From Actinomycetota bacterium (lineage in GTDB: Bacteria; Actinomycetota; Actinomycetes; Nanopelagicales; Nanopelagicaceae), in contig JAQBVO010000006.1 in the NCBI GenBank assembly GCA_027728065.1, forward strand, positions 5,815 to 69,814: a stretch of DNA of 64,000 bases, written 5' to 3'. This document shows positions 7,966 through 17,342 of this stretch, one piece after another; position 1 is the stretch's first letter, and every line of letters starts with the position of its first letter. The translations under genes and the position numbers were made by a program. The notes beneath the pieces were generated by a model, which saw nothing but the letters and a program-made list of their open reading frames with translations, was not told the origin of the DNA and did no database searches.

Positions 7966-8288
7966 GCGTTCTCTCAACACATATTCTGAATACAAGTAAT
8001 GGTCTGCCCGTAGAGGGCGTGAAGGTTACATATCGTGCACATGGCACCATCGTTGCTAGCGCAGTTACTAACTCCGATGGACGGGTGGGAGATCTGCTCA
8101 TCGGTAAGGTCTTAACTGCAGGCAGTCACACTCTTACCTTTGAAGTTGGTGCCTACTTTTCGGCACAAGAGCAGGAGAGTTTTTTTCAGGAAATTAATGT
8201 CGATTTTGTCGTAATTGATGTCAATCGTAACTACCATATTCCCTTGTTGCTTAGTCCGTTTAGTTTTACGACATACCGAGGGAGTTAA
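7962..8288 (+). CDS. uraH: 5-hydroxyisourate hydrolase
   Basis: STHILNT, TNSDGR, YHIPLLLSP and C-terminal YRGS signature. Confidence 0.95.
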   Translation: MSVLSTHILNTSNGLPVEGVKVTYRAHGTIVASAVTNSDGRVGDLLIGKVLTAGSHTLTFEVGAYFSAQEQESFFQEINVDFVVIDVNRNYHIPLLLSPFSFTTYRGS

Positions 8289-8290
8289 AT

Positions 8291-9205
8291 ATGAAAATTG
8301 AACTCGGCGAGAATCGTTACGGCAAAGCTGAAAATCGAGTAGTTAGAATCACTCGAGAACAAGGTACTCACCACATCCTCGATTTAAATGTTTCTGTGCA
8401 GTTAAGTGGTGACTTTGATGATACACATCTAAATGGTTCTAACGCCAAAGTACTACCAACCGATACGCAAAAAAATACGGTTTTTGCCCTTGCGCAAAAG
8501 TTTCCAGCCATGGAGCCAGAGGTATTCGGATTAACCTTATGCGAGCACTTCTTAGATACTCAGCACCATCTAACGCGGGTTGAGGTGCGCCTCGAGCAGT
8601 ACCTGTGGGATCGTATTTTAGTCGATGGCAAACCTCATCCTCGAGCCTTTCAGAAAAATTCCACCTTTACCCGAACTGCACGTGTTGTAATAGATCGCAC
8701 TATAGGTAAATCCAAAGAAGCATATGTAACTAGCGGGGTTGAAGATTTAGTGATCCTTAAGACGAGCGATAGTGAATTCACCGGCTTTATAAAAGATCAC
8801 TATACGACTTTGCCAGAGACAACGGACCGAATCATGGCGACTCAAGTGACTGCGAAATGGCGCTATGACAGTCACGACGTGCAAGCTCTGAAGAGAAAAG
8901 ATTTCGCAAAGAGTTTTAAGCAGGCCACAAACAAGATACTGGCTACATTTGCCGATCATTACAGTCTTTCACTCCAACAAACACTCTTTGAAATGGGCAA
9001 GGAATTGATTACGCAACAGCCAGATATCTGTTCAGTTCGTATGAGTCTTCCTAATAAGCACCATTTCCTTGTAGATCTGTCGCCATTTGGACAGGAGAAT
9101 AGGAATGAGGTCTACATCGCCGCGGACCGTCCATATGGTTTGATTGAAGCCGTGGTAAATCATGATGATGCACCGGATGCCAACTTCATCTGGCCGACTT
9201 GGTAA
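8291..9205 (+). CDS. pucL: Factor-independent urate hydroxylase (uricase)
   Basis: YGK, PTDTQKNT, LKT, TLPETTDR, SLQQT, PNKH, DRPYGLIE motifs. Confidence 0.95.
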   Translation: MKIELGENRYGKAENRVVRITREQGTHHILDLNVSVQLSGDFDDTHLNGSNAKVLPTDTQKNTVFALAQKFPAMEPEVFGLTLCEHFLDTQHHLTRVEVRLEQYLWDRILVDGKPHPRAFQKNSTFTRTARVVIDRTIGKSKEAYVTSGVEDLVILKTSDSEFTGFIKDHYTTLPETTDRIMATQVTAKWRYDSHDVQALKRKDFAKSFKQATNKILATFADHYSLSLQQTLFEMGKELITQQPDICSVRMSLPNKHHFLVDLSPFGQENRNEVYIAADRPYGLIEAVVNHDDAPDANFIWPTW

Positions 9206-9218
9206 AGGAAAAACTTGC

Positions 9219-10082
9219 ATGGATTTTTTTAGACCAACTTCACTCGCTGATGCTTTGAAACTTAAGTCGGCGTATCCATTAGCGCTATGTATTAACGGTG
9301 GAACCGACGTAATGGTGGAATTGAATTTCGATCGTAAAAGGCCAGAAACTCTTCTCGACTTGAGCGCGGTGCAAGAGTTAAGTCAGTGGAGTGAGGAGGG
9401 TGATTCGATTGTTTTGGGTGCAGGCGTTACCTACTCGCGCATTCAAGCTGAGTTGCAGGCGCAACTCCCAGGATTGGCAATGGCATCTAGAACTGTTGGA
9501 TCGCTGCAGATTAGAAATCGCGCAGGTGTAGGTGGCAATTTAGGTTCGGCCTCACCTGCAGGCGATGCTCACCCTGCTTTACTTGCAACTGGCGCTGCGG
9601 TGAATGTTTCTAGCATTCAAGGCAACCGTTCGATAGATATTCATGAATACTTTATTGGTCCAAAAAAGAGTGCATTAGTTCCCGATGAAATCATTATAAG
9701 CATCACAATTCCAAAGGCTCGCGGAGGCCAACAATTTTCTAAAATTGGAACGCGTAATGCAATGGTTATCGCCGTGTGCTCATTTGGATTAGCAATCGAT
9801 GCTCAATCTAGAACTGTTGGAACTGGCATTGGTTCAGCCGGTCCGACACCACTTCGTGCAGTCGATGCCGAAGCTTTTGCTGCTTCACATTTGGATTGGG
9901 AAAAAGGCACTCCTCTGACCCCTGAACTTCTCAAAGAGTTTGGCGCACTTGTCTCTGCTGCCTCTCGTCCAATCGATGATATTCGCGGTACCGCTGCATA
10001 TCGCCGCCATACACTCGCAGTTATTGCAGCTCGTTCACTCAAATGGGCATGGAAATCTACTAATGAATTCAGGAGTATGTAA
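9219..10082 (+). CDS. Xanthine dehydrogenase family FAD-binding subunit
   Basis: INGGTDVMV, QIRNRAGVGGNL, FSKIGTRNAMVI, PIDDIRGTAAYRR; start moved to ATG 9219 (AAGGAA upstream), ORF track begins at 9162. Confidence 0.92.
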   Translation: MDFFRPTSLADALKLKSAYPLALCINGGTDVMVELNFDRKRPETLLDLSAVQELSQWSEEGDSIVLGAGVTYSRIQAELQAQLPGLAMASRTVGSLQIRNRAGVGGNLGSASPAGDAHPALLATGAAVNVSSIQGNRSIDIHEYFIGPKKSALVPDEIIISITIPKARGGQQFSKIGTRNAMVIAVCSFGLAIDAQSRTVGTGIGSAGPTPLRAVDAEAFAASHLDWEKGTPLTPELLKEFGALVSAASRPIDDIRGTAAYRRHTLAVIAARSLKWAWKSTNEFRSM

Positions 10083-10561
10083 TGCGACTTACCTGCACAG
10101 TCAATGGAAAAACTGAAGTGATTGATGACATTTGGCCAGGAGAAAGTCTGCTCTATGTTCTACGGGAGCGAATGGGACTCCCTGGTGCGAAAAACGCGTG
10201 TGAGCAAGGTGAATGTGGTTCGTGCTCTGTCCATATTGATGGGGTGCTTGTCTGTGCATGTCTAGTTGCGGCCGGTCAAGTTGAAGGTGCACAGATAAAA
10301 ACAGTTGAAGGCTTAGCGGGGGCTACCGAACTTCATCCAGTTCAACAGGCCTATCTTGATTCCGGTGCGGTGCAATGTGGTTTTTGTACTCCAGGGTTAA
10401 TCGTTGCGACCGTTGATTTACTGGATAAGAACTCCGATCCAAGTGAGAATGAAATTCGAGAAGCCTTAGCCGGCAATCTCTGTCGCTGCACGGGCTATGC
10501 CAAAATTTTAGATGCCGTTCGTCTTGCTGCAGCGCGATTAGAAAAGCCAGGTAAGCCGTGA
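10082..10561 (+). CDS. Xanthine dehydrogenase family 2Fe-2S subunit
   Basis: CEQGECGSC...C and QCGFC...GNLCRCTGY iron-sulfur motifs. Confidence 0.95.
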   Translation: MRLTCTVNGKTEVIDDIWPGESLLYVLRERMGLPGAKNACEQGECGSCSVHIDGVLVCACLVAAGQVEGAQIKTVEGLAGATELHPVQQAYLDSGAVQCGFCTPGLIVATVDLLDKNSDPSENEIREALAGNLCRCTGYAKILDAVRLAAARLEKPGKP

Positions 10562-11925
10562 GTCAAACGCTTATTCAAGGGGCCTATGTTGCAACTATCG
10601 ATTCCAATAATCGTGAAATAAGCAATGGTTGGGTTGCAATCGATGGCAAGCGCATCGTTGGTATTGGGCAGTCCACAATTCCAGATCAATATGCTGGCTT
10701 TAATCGTATTGATGGTGCGGGCTCATTACTAACCCCTGGCTTCGTAAATACCCATCACCATCTCTACCAATGGGCAACGCGTGGAATTGCAACTGAATCC
10801 ACACTTTTTGAATGGTTAGTAACTTTGTATCCCATTTGGGGCCACTTAGATGCAGAAGTAACTTTTGGTGCAGCTCAAGGCGCACTTGCCTCACTTTTAC
10901 TTTCTGGATGCACATATACAACCGATCACCACTATGTTTTCCCCGCAGAAAGTGGAGATTGTTTAGCCGCCGAGATACAAGCTGCTCAAGGCCTTGGAAT
11001 TCGTTTTCATCCAACACGCGGCTCAATGGATTTAGGTCAATCAAAAGGTGGATTGCCGCCCGATAATGTCGTAGAAGATCGCGACCAGATTTTAATTGCA
11101 ACTGAAGATGCTATTCGACGTTTCCATGATCCATCAGAAGATGCGATGATCAAAATTGCTGTTGCTCCGTGCTCGCCTTTTAGTGTTACGAGTGAGTTAA
11201 TGAAAGAGGCAGCTCAACTTGCTCGTCGTGAAAATGTACGACTTCATACGCATTTAGCAGAGACTAGCGATGAAGAGGATTTCTGCCAGGAAAAGTTTGG
11301 TTGTTCACCAACTGACTATGTTGAGTCCCTTGGTTGGCTTGGCTCTGATGTTTGGATGGCACATGCAATTCATTTAGATGACTCTGCTATTTTAAAATTT
11401 GGCAAAACCGGAACTGGAGCTGCGCACTGCCCATCATCTAATGCACGCTTAGGCTCTGGAATTGCACGTGTGCAGGATTTAATTCGCGCTGGCTCTCCTG
11501 TTGGTCTCGGCGTTGATGGCGCAGCGAGTAATGAAAATGGCGAGCTGCTCACTGAAGTTCGTGCTGCAGTGCTATGGGCACGGTTAAAAGATGGACCGGC
11601 TGCAATGAGTGCACGCCAGTCACTCGCTTTGGCGACTCGCGGAGGTGCTCGCGTCTTAGGTCGTGATAAGGAGCTCGGAACAATCGAAGTGGGCAAGCTC
11701 GCCGACTTAGTGTTGTGGAAGTTAGATGACATCGGTCATATAGATATTGTTGATCCGATTGCAGCTCTAGTTCTTGGTCCTAAAGCTGAAGTCAAAGCTC
11801 TTTTAGTAAATGGTGAGGTACGGGTTCGAGATGGGATGATCACTTCAATTCCACATGAAAAGATCGCTAACCAAGCCTTAAATGCAAGTAAACGTCTTTT
11901 AACTAGTTCCGAAAGAGTAGGTTGA
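10558..11925 (+). CDS. 8-oxoguanine deaminase (amidohydrolase family)
   Basis: PGFVNTHHHLYQ, DHHY, RFHPTRGSM, APCSPFSV, HTHLAE, HCPSSNARL, GLGVDG motifs; purine operon context. Confidence 0.85.
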   Translation: MSQTLIQGAYVATIDSNNREISNGWVAIDGKRIVGIGQSTIPDQYAGFNRIDGAGSLLTPGFVNTHHHLYQWATRGIATESTLFEWLVTLYPIWGHLDAEVTFGAAQGALASLLLSGCTYTTDHHYVFPAESGDCLAAEIQAAQGLGIRFHPTRGSMDLGQSKGGLPPDNVVEDRDQILIATEDAIRRFHDPSEDAMIKIAVAPCSPFSVTSELMKEAAQLARRENVRLHTHLAETSDEEDFCQEKFGCSPTDYVESLGWLGSDVWMAHAIHLDDSAILKFGKTGTGAAHCPSSNARLGSGIARVQDLIRAGSPVGLGVDGAASNENGELLTEVRAAVLWARLKDGPAAMSARQSLALATRGGARVLGRDKELGTIEVGKLADLVLWKLDDIGHIDIVDPIAALVLGPKAEVKALLVNGEVRVRDGMITSIPHEKIANQALNASKRLLTSSERVG

Positions 11926-11926
11926 A

Positions 11927-14266
11927 ATGAGTAACTCAACGCTTCCAACTAAGCAACGCGATCACATCGCCGCACCGGTTAGTGCTGGACTCGGCGAAAG
12001 TGTGCCCCGCCCTGATGGCACACTCAAAGTCACCGGTGACTTCGCATACTCAAGTGATCTTTGGGCTGATGGAATGTTATGGGCCTCAACACTGCGCTCC
12101 CCACATCCACATGCACGCATCAAATCGATAAATATCGCTCCTGCATTAAAGATCAATGGGGTTTCAGCAGTTCTAACTCACGATGATGTTCCAGGTGCAA
12201 AGTTATACGGCCTCGAAATTATCGATCAACCAGTTTTGGCTTTTGACATTATTAGTTTTCATGGTGAAGCCATTGCAATCGTTGCCGCCGATCATCCAGA
12301 AACTGCCAAGCGCGCGGCACAAGCGATCATCGTCGAATATGAGATTTTAGAGCCGGTTATCGATGCCGATTTTGCAATTAGTGGTAAGGCTCCACTCATT
12401 CACCCTGGTGGAAATATCACACGCCATGTTCCTATTCGCTTTGGACCACAAAATTTAACTGCAGATGTAGTTGTTAAAGGTGAATACGAAGTCGGAATGC
12501 AAGATCAAGCCCCTCTTGGCCCTGAATCAGGTCTTGCAATCCCAGCTGAAGATGGCGGAATCGATCTGTATTTATCGACACAATGGCTGCATGTTGACCG
12601 CGGACAACTCGCAACGGTATTGGGGTTGCCTCCTGAGAAAGTGCGCCTCACTCTTGCAGGTGTTGGTGGAGCCTTTGGTGCGCGTGAAGATTTATCGATG
12701 CAGGCACACGTCTCACTTCTCGCAATGAGAACGGGAAAGCCTGTCAAGATTGTTTATTCCCGTGAAGAATCATTCTTCGGTCACGTGCACCGCCATCCTG
12801 GAAAGCTTCGCTATGAACATGGGGTTACTAAAGAGGGAAAACTTGTCTACGTTAAAGCCAACATTGTCTTAGATGGTGGCGCTTATGCATCCTCCTCCCC
12901 TGCCGTTTGTGCCAATGCTGCGTGTTTCGCTGTTGGACCATACGAAGTTGAAAGCGCCACTATCAATGCATACGTCGCCTATACAAACAATCCACCATGC
13001 GGTGCCATGCGCGGTTTCGGAGCAGTACAAACTGCATTTGCTTATGAGTCGCAAATGGACAAGATTGCAGAAGTACTTGGGATAGATCCCATAGACTTTC
13101 GCTTAAAGAATGCGATGGCAAGAAACTCCCTCATGCCAACCGGTCAACCTGTTGATTCGGCTGCGCCGGTTGCCGAGATTTTAGAGAAATTGCGCGCTAT
13201 GCCTCTACCGCCAATAACTGCCACTACTGAGGGTTTGGATGTGATCGAACTTCCTGGTGGTGCTTGCAATGTCACTCATGGCGAAGGCGTGCGCAGAGGT
13301 GTTGGTTATGCCGTTGGAGTCAAAAACATTGGTTTCTCCGAAGGTTTTGATGATTACTCAACGGCCAAAGTATCTCTGCAAATTATCAATGGTGAGCCTG
13401 TTGTCGAAGTTCACACTGCCGCTGCCGAAGTCGGACAAGGGTTAGTCACTCTCAAGGGCCAAATTGCCAGAACTGAATTAGGAGTCCAACGTGTAGTTGT
13501 CCATGTCAGTGATACTCAAGTTGGAAGTGCTGGATCAACTAGTGCATCTCGTCAGTCCTATGTAACAGGTGGTGCAATAATGACGGCCTGTAGAGCCGTT
13601 CGCGAAGAAGTTCTTCTCTTTGCAATGGAAAAGCTAGGTCACTTACACCCACATCTATTACATTTTCGTGCAACCTACGTCTTAGTCGATGGCGAAATTC
13701 GAGATGGTCAAGGCAGGCTTGTTTCAACCCTCACCGATCTCGTACAGGATCGAATCTTTGAATGCACACGTGAGTATCGACACCGCCCAACTACACCCAT
13801 CGATCCCGTTACTGGGCAGGGACTTCCGCATGCGCAGTTTGCATTCGCAGGTCATCGCGCAGTGGTGGATGTTGATATCGAAACGGGCTTAGTTAAAGTT
13901 ATTGAAATTGCAACTGTGCAAGATGTAGGCAAGGCTCTGAATCCACAAGCTATCGAAGGGCAACTAGAGGGTGGAGCTGCCCAGGGCTTAGGTCTTGCAA
14001 TCCTGGAAGAGATTCAAGTGGTGAATGGTAAAGTAAAAAATCCATCTTTTACCGATTACTTAATTCCGACGGTTCTAGATATGCCACCAGTGCGTTCAAT
14101 TATTTTGGAGTATGCCGATGAACATGCTCCGTATGGATTACGCGGCGTAGGTGAACCGCCAACTATTTCAAGTACTCCAGCTATAGTTTCAGCTATTCGT
14201 GCAGCTACTGGTTTGGCATTAACGAGAGTCCCTATTAGACCTGAACACATTACTTCAACTATGTAG
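11927..14266 (+). CDS. pucD: Xanthine dehydrogenase molybdenum-binding subunit (PucD-like)
   Basis: RPDGTLKVTG, GGAFG, GAMRGFG, AAEVGQG, SASRQ, GVGEPP motifs. Confidence 0.9.
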   Translation: MSNSTLPTKQRDHIAAPVSAGLGESVPRPDGTLKVTGDFAYSSDLWADGMLWASTLRSPHPHARIKSINIAPALKINGVSAVLTHDDVPGAKLYGLEIIDQPVLAFDIISFHGEAIAIVAADHPETAKRAAQAIIVEYEILEPVIDADFAISGKAPLIHPGGNITRHVPIRFGPQNLTADVVVKGEYEVGMQDQAPLGPESGLAIPAEDGGIDLYLSTQWLHVDRGQLATVLGLPPEKVRLTLAGVGGAFGAREDLSMQAHVSLLAMRTGKPVKIVYSREESFFGHVHRHPGKLRYEHGVTKEGKLVYVKANIVLDGGAYASSSPAVCANAACFAVGPYEVESATINAYVAYTNNPPCGAMRGFGAVQTAFAYESQMDKIAEVLGIDPIDFRLKNAMARNSLMPTGQPVDSAAPVAEILEKLRAMPLPPITATTEGLDVIELPGGACNVTHGEGVRRGVGYAVGVKNIGFSEGFDDYSTAKVSLQIINGEPVVEVHTAAAEVGQGLVTLKGQIARTELGVQRVVVHVSDTQVGSAGSTSASRQSYVTGGAIMTACRAVREEVLLFAMEKLGHLHPHLLHFRATYVLVDGEIRDGQGRLVSTLTDLVQDRIFECTREYRHRPTTPIDPVTGQGLPHAQFAFAGHRAVVDVDIETGLVKVIEIATVQDVGKALNPQAIEGQLEGGAAQGLGLAILEEIQVVNGKVKNPSFTDYLIPTVLDMPPVRSIILEYADEHAPYGLRGVGEPPTISSTPAIVSAIRAATGLALTRVPIRPEHITSTM

Positions 14267-14276
14267 CCAGGTTTAC

Positions 14277-15473
14277 TTAGTCAGACTTTCGATGAAAGTC
14301 AGGGCTACCTTTGGACATAGCACGAGAGATACCAGTCGTTGTTACGGTATCGTGTGTGAATCTCTCACTTGCAAGTGAGTTCTTATGAATGGGATCACTG
14401 CCTTGTGACAGGGGCTGGCGAGTCCCACCAGTTAAATCCGAAATTATCTCAGCGGCAATTGAGATCGCAGTCTCCTCTGGAGTGCTCGAACCAATATCTA
14501 AACCAATTGGGGATCTAAGACGGGCAAGCTCACTCTCACTCACTCCAATCTCACGAAGTCTTGCCAGGCGATCGGCGTGAGTTCGCCGACTTCCCATCGC
14601 ACCGACGTAGCCCGCTTTGCTGCGAAGGGCGATCTCTAAAACCGGAACATCAAACTTGGGATCATGAGTGAGCACGCAGAGAACTGTGCGCGCATCGACA
14701 TCAATTTTTGCCAAATATCTATGTGGCCAATCAACGACAACTTCATCGGCCTCTGGAAATCTCTTCTTAGTTGCAAAAAGCGCACGCGCATCGCAGATCG
14801 TGACGTGATATCCCAGGAATTTTCCGACTCGTGCAACTGCGCCAGCAAAATCAATAGCACCAAAAATAATGATACGTGGGGCTGGGGCATAAGACTCGAT
14901 AAAAATCGAAACCTCATCCTGCAAGCGCTCACCAGCAGGGCCGAGCTTAAGAGTGCGGGTGTGGCCAGAACTGAGCAAACCGCGACCATCTTCACTGACT
15001 GAATAATCTAATCCGGGCGAATCTAGGGAGCCCCATACCTGCAAGGCATCAAATAGGATGCGTGCGCCGATAGTTGCAGCTCCATCGATAATCGTTGCAG
15101 TTGCAATGGGACGATGCTCATTGATGGCTAAAACGATTTGCCCAAACTCAGGAAAGCTTTCCTTATTGATAATTTGAATGAAGAGTTCAATCGTTCCACC
15201 ACAGGTTAAGCCGACAGAGAAAGCGTTGTCATCACTGACGCCATAAGTGACGCTTTTGGCGATACCGGTTTTTAATACTTCAAGGGCCACTTCATAAATA
15301 GCGCTCTCAACGCAGCCGCCTGAAACGCTGCCGATAACTTCACCGCTCTGGGACACGGCCATCGCAGCACCAACGGGGCGAGGCGCTGATGACCACGTAC
15401 GTGTCACTGTGGCAAGGGCAAAGGAAGCACCACTTTCATACCAGGGTGCGATCTCATCGATAATCTCGCGCAT
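14277..15473 (-). CDS. xdhC: XdhC/CoxI family molybdenum cofactor insertion chaperone
   Basis: GSVSGGCVE, GLTCGG, THDPKFD, GYVGAMGSRR, SPIGLDIG, PEETAISIAAE. Confidence 0.93.
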   Translation of the reverse strand: MREIIDEIAPWYESGASFALATVTRTWSSAPRPVGAAMAVSQSGEVIGSVSGGCVESAIYEVALEVLKTGIAKSVTYGVSDDNAFSVGLTCGGTIELFIQIINKESFPEFGQIVLAINEHRPIATATIIDGAATIGARILFDALQVWGSLDSPGLDYSVSEDGRGLLSSGHTRTLKLGPAGERLQDEVSIFIESYAPAPRIIIFGAIDFAGAVARVGKFLGYHVTICDARALFATKKRFPEADEVVVDWPHRYLAKIDVDARTVLCVLTHDPKFDVPVLEIALRSKAGYVGAMGSRRTHADRLARLREIGVSESELARLRSPIGLDIGSSTPEETAISIAAEIISDLTGGTRQPLSQGSDPIHKNSLASERFTHDTVTTTGISRAMSKGSPDFHRKSD

Positions 15474-15525
15474 GGGTGGGAGTCTAGCAAGGTAGGTTTT
15501 TTAGACGAGGTGAGATGATGGGCCA

Positions 15526-16086
15526 ATGATCGCCGCACTCATCTTGGCCGCAGGTGGTGGCACACGTATGGGTGGACCAAAAGCGGTGGTCTCAGTAAAT
15601 GGTGAGCGCTTAGTTGATCGAGCCGTTGCAAATTTTAAAGCGGCCGGAATCGATAACATCTTTGTTGTTTTAGGTGCATGGGTTGGCAAGGTCGATGGTG
15701 CGATCATTATTGAGAATAAAGAGTGGAGCAGTGGCATGGCGAGCTCCCTTCAAGCCGGTCTAAAACATATTGCAGAGATTGCTGCAATTGAGAGCGTAGT
15801 CGTCTCACCCGTTGATCTACCTGGCCTAACAGCCCAAGGGATTATCGAGATTGCCAAGACACCAAGGGAGTTAGTTGTTGCTACATATAAAGAGGTTCCT
15901 GGACATCCTGCCAAATTTGCACGGGCCCACTGGGCCGGCATCATGGCAAGTGCCCATGGAAACATCGGCGCACGCGACTATTTGGCCGGACGAAACGACA
16001 TCCACCATTTGAGATTGGACGACTTAGCCGATGGAACTGACGTTGACACACCAGAGGAGCTTGAAGCCTTTAAAAATCACCTTTGA
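15526..16086 (+). CDS. mocA: MocA-like nucleotidyltransferase (Moco cytidylyltransferase)
   Basis: LILAAGGGTRMGGPKA, WSSGMASSL, VDLP, GHP, DVDTPE; adjacent to xdhC. Confidence 0.8.
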   Translation: MIAALILAAGGGTRMGGPKAVVSVNGERLVDRAVANFKAAGIDNIFVVLGAWVGKVDGAIIIENKEWSSGMASSLQAGLKHIAEIAAIESVVVSPVDLPGLTAQGIIEIAKTPRELVVATYKEVPGHPAKFARAHWAGIMASAHGNIGARDYLAGRNDIHHLRLDDLADGTDVDTPEELEAFKNHL

Positions 16087-16111
16087 TGCTCTTTGAAAAG
16101 AATTTAAAGAT

Positions 16112-16225
16112 TGCAAAAACGGCGGCCATCTAAGAGCGTCCAGTGTTATGAACATAGAGGAATAGAACTTCTTTGATCTCTTATGGCGCATCATGTGCAG
16201 CTTCTAGATAGTTTGTATCTGATAC
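16112..16225 (-). pseudogene. arsC: arsC N-terminal remnant with decayed catalytic loop
   Basis: Translates VSDTNYLEAAHDAP*EIKEVLFLYVHNTGRS*MAAVFA, compared with canonical VLFVCVHNAGRSQMAA; two in-frame stops and C>Y at the catalytic Cys. Confidence 0.8.
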
Positions 16226-16285
16226 GTTCTCGCCTTTTTCATATCACAGGCTATAGCGCTGCCCAAGTAATTTTGGTGGTTATTT
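16198..16285. repeat. Direct repeat copy 2 (88 bp)
   Basis: See copy 1 at 7265-7351. Confidence 0.9.
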
Positions 16286-16338
16286 AGTGAACTCCAGGTT
16301 AATTACCCCGCTAGTCAGATTTAGAGCCTGTGCAGCCA

Positions 16339-17292
16339 TTACTTGTACTTGATCTCTTGTGCAATTAATCGCGCCTCTAATCTGGCATAACTCGAATTAA
16401 AATCAACGCTGGAAATCTCGTTCATCCAGCGCCCGCTAGTTGCCGCCTTGGCAGTAACTCTCTGGTCAAAGAACTCGTGCATCTGTTGTGAGTCAGTGAG
16501 CTTAAGAAATCCTAAAAGCGACTGGTAGCTCTGCTCTCGTTTCCGAATCGCAAGATCTTCCAGAGCAATCGTAATCTGCTGCGAAGATGGAACGTGTGCG
16601 AGTGATCGGTCTCCATCAATTAAGCGCTTTTCAATCCACTCCAATCCTTCAAGGGGTGTAGTGGGGCCCCAGTTTTTGGTCAAAAGGGATGCGATTACAT
16701 CTCGTGGATCCCTGAGCATATTAATAAAGAACGCCTCTGGGAAAATTCGATACAACTTTTCTGCCTGAGAGATATTCAATGGGGTCGTTTCTACCCAATA
16801 ACTTTCAGATCCAGCATCATCTTGTAAGGCGATAAATCTCTTCATAAAGCGACGGGCGGCCCATATTCGATTAATGCGCAGCTCTTTTTGCAGAGAGCCC
16901 AGAATCTTTACTAATCTTTCGCGCGAAATTCCTGATTTCAAGCCACGCCCATGTGGTGGATGTGCATCAATATCCCACCATTTGCTCCAAATTTGCCCAT
17001 TAAATTCGGCGAGAATCTCTTTGAGAGTTTCCTTCTCCTTGATCTTTCTCTTTCGATATGTTCGAAAGTTCAAAATCGAAATCTTGTTAGCGCTTTTTAG
17101 TACCGCATCCTTGTGTCCAAAAACCACATCGACGAGCCCGGAGCGATTTGCTAAAAACTTAATCTCGATTGGAGTGCTCGTGCGGATCTGCGGGTGCATA
17201 CCGAGTAAATCACCAACTATCATCGTACCGCTTCGCCCAGTGCCACCAACAAATATAGGCACAATGCTGTGAATTCTCTTTGAATATCGCAT
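16339..17292 (-). CDS. PAPS-dependent sulfotransferase family protein
   Basis: 5'-PSB loop GGTGRSGT, ETTPLN, 3'-PB motif RDPRDVIAS; adjacent to cysD/cysNC. Confidence 0.88.
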   Translation of the reverse strand: MRYSKRIHSIVPIFVGGTGRSGTMIVGDLLGMHPQIRTSTPIEIKFLANRSGLVDVVFGHKDAVLKSANKISILNFRTYRKRKIKEKETLKEILAEFNGQIWSKWWDIDAHPPHGRGLKSGISRERLVKILGSLQKELRINRIWAARRFMKRFIALQDDAGSESYWVETTPLNISQAEKLYRIFPEAFFINMLRDPRDVIASLLTKNWGPTTPLEGLEWIEKRLIDGDRSLAHVPSSQQITIALEDLAIRKREQSYQSLLGFLKLTDSQQMHEFFDQRVTAKAATSGRWMNEISSVDFNSSYARLEARLIAQEIKYK

Positions 17293-17342
17293 GTCGCAAG
17301 GATAAACCCTATTATCTCAAAGAGCACCACTAAAGTGATTTC

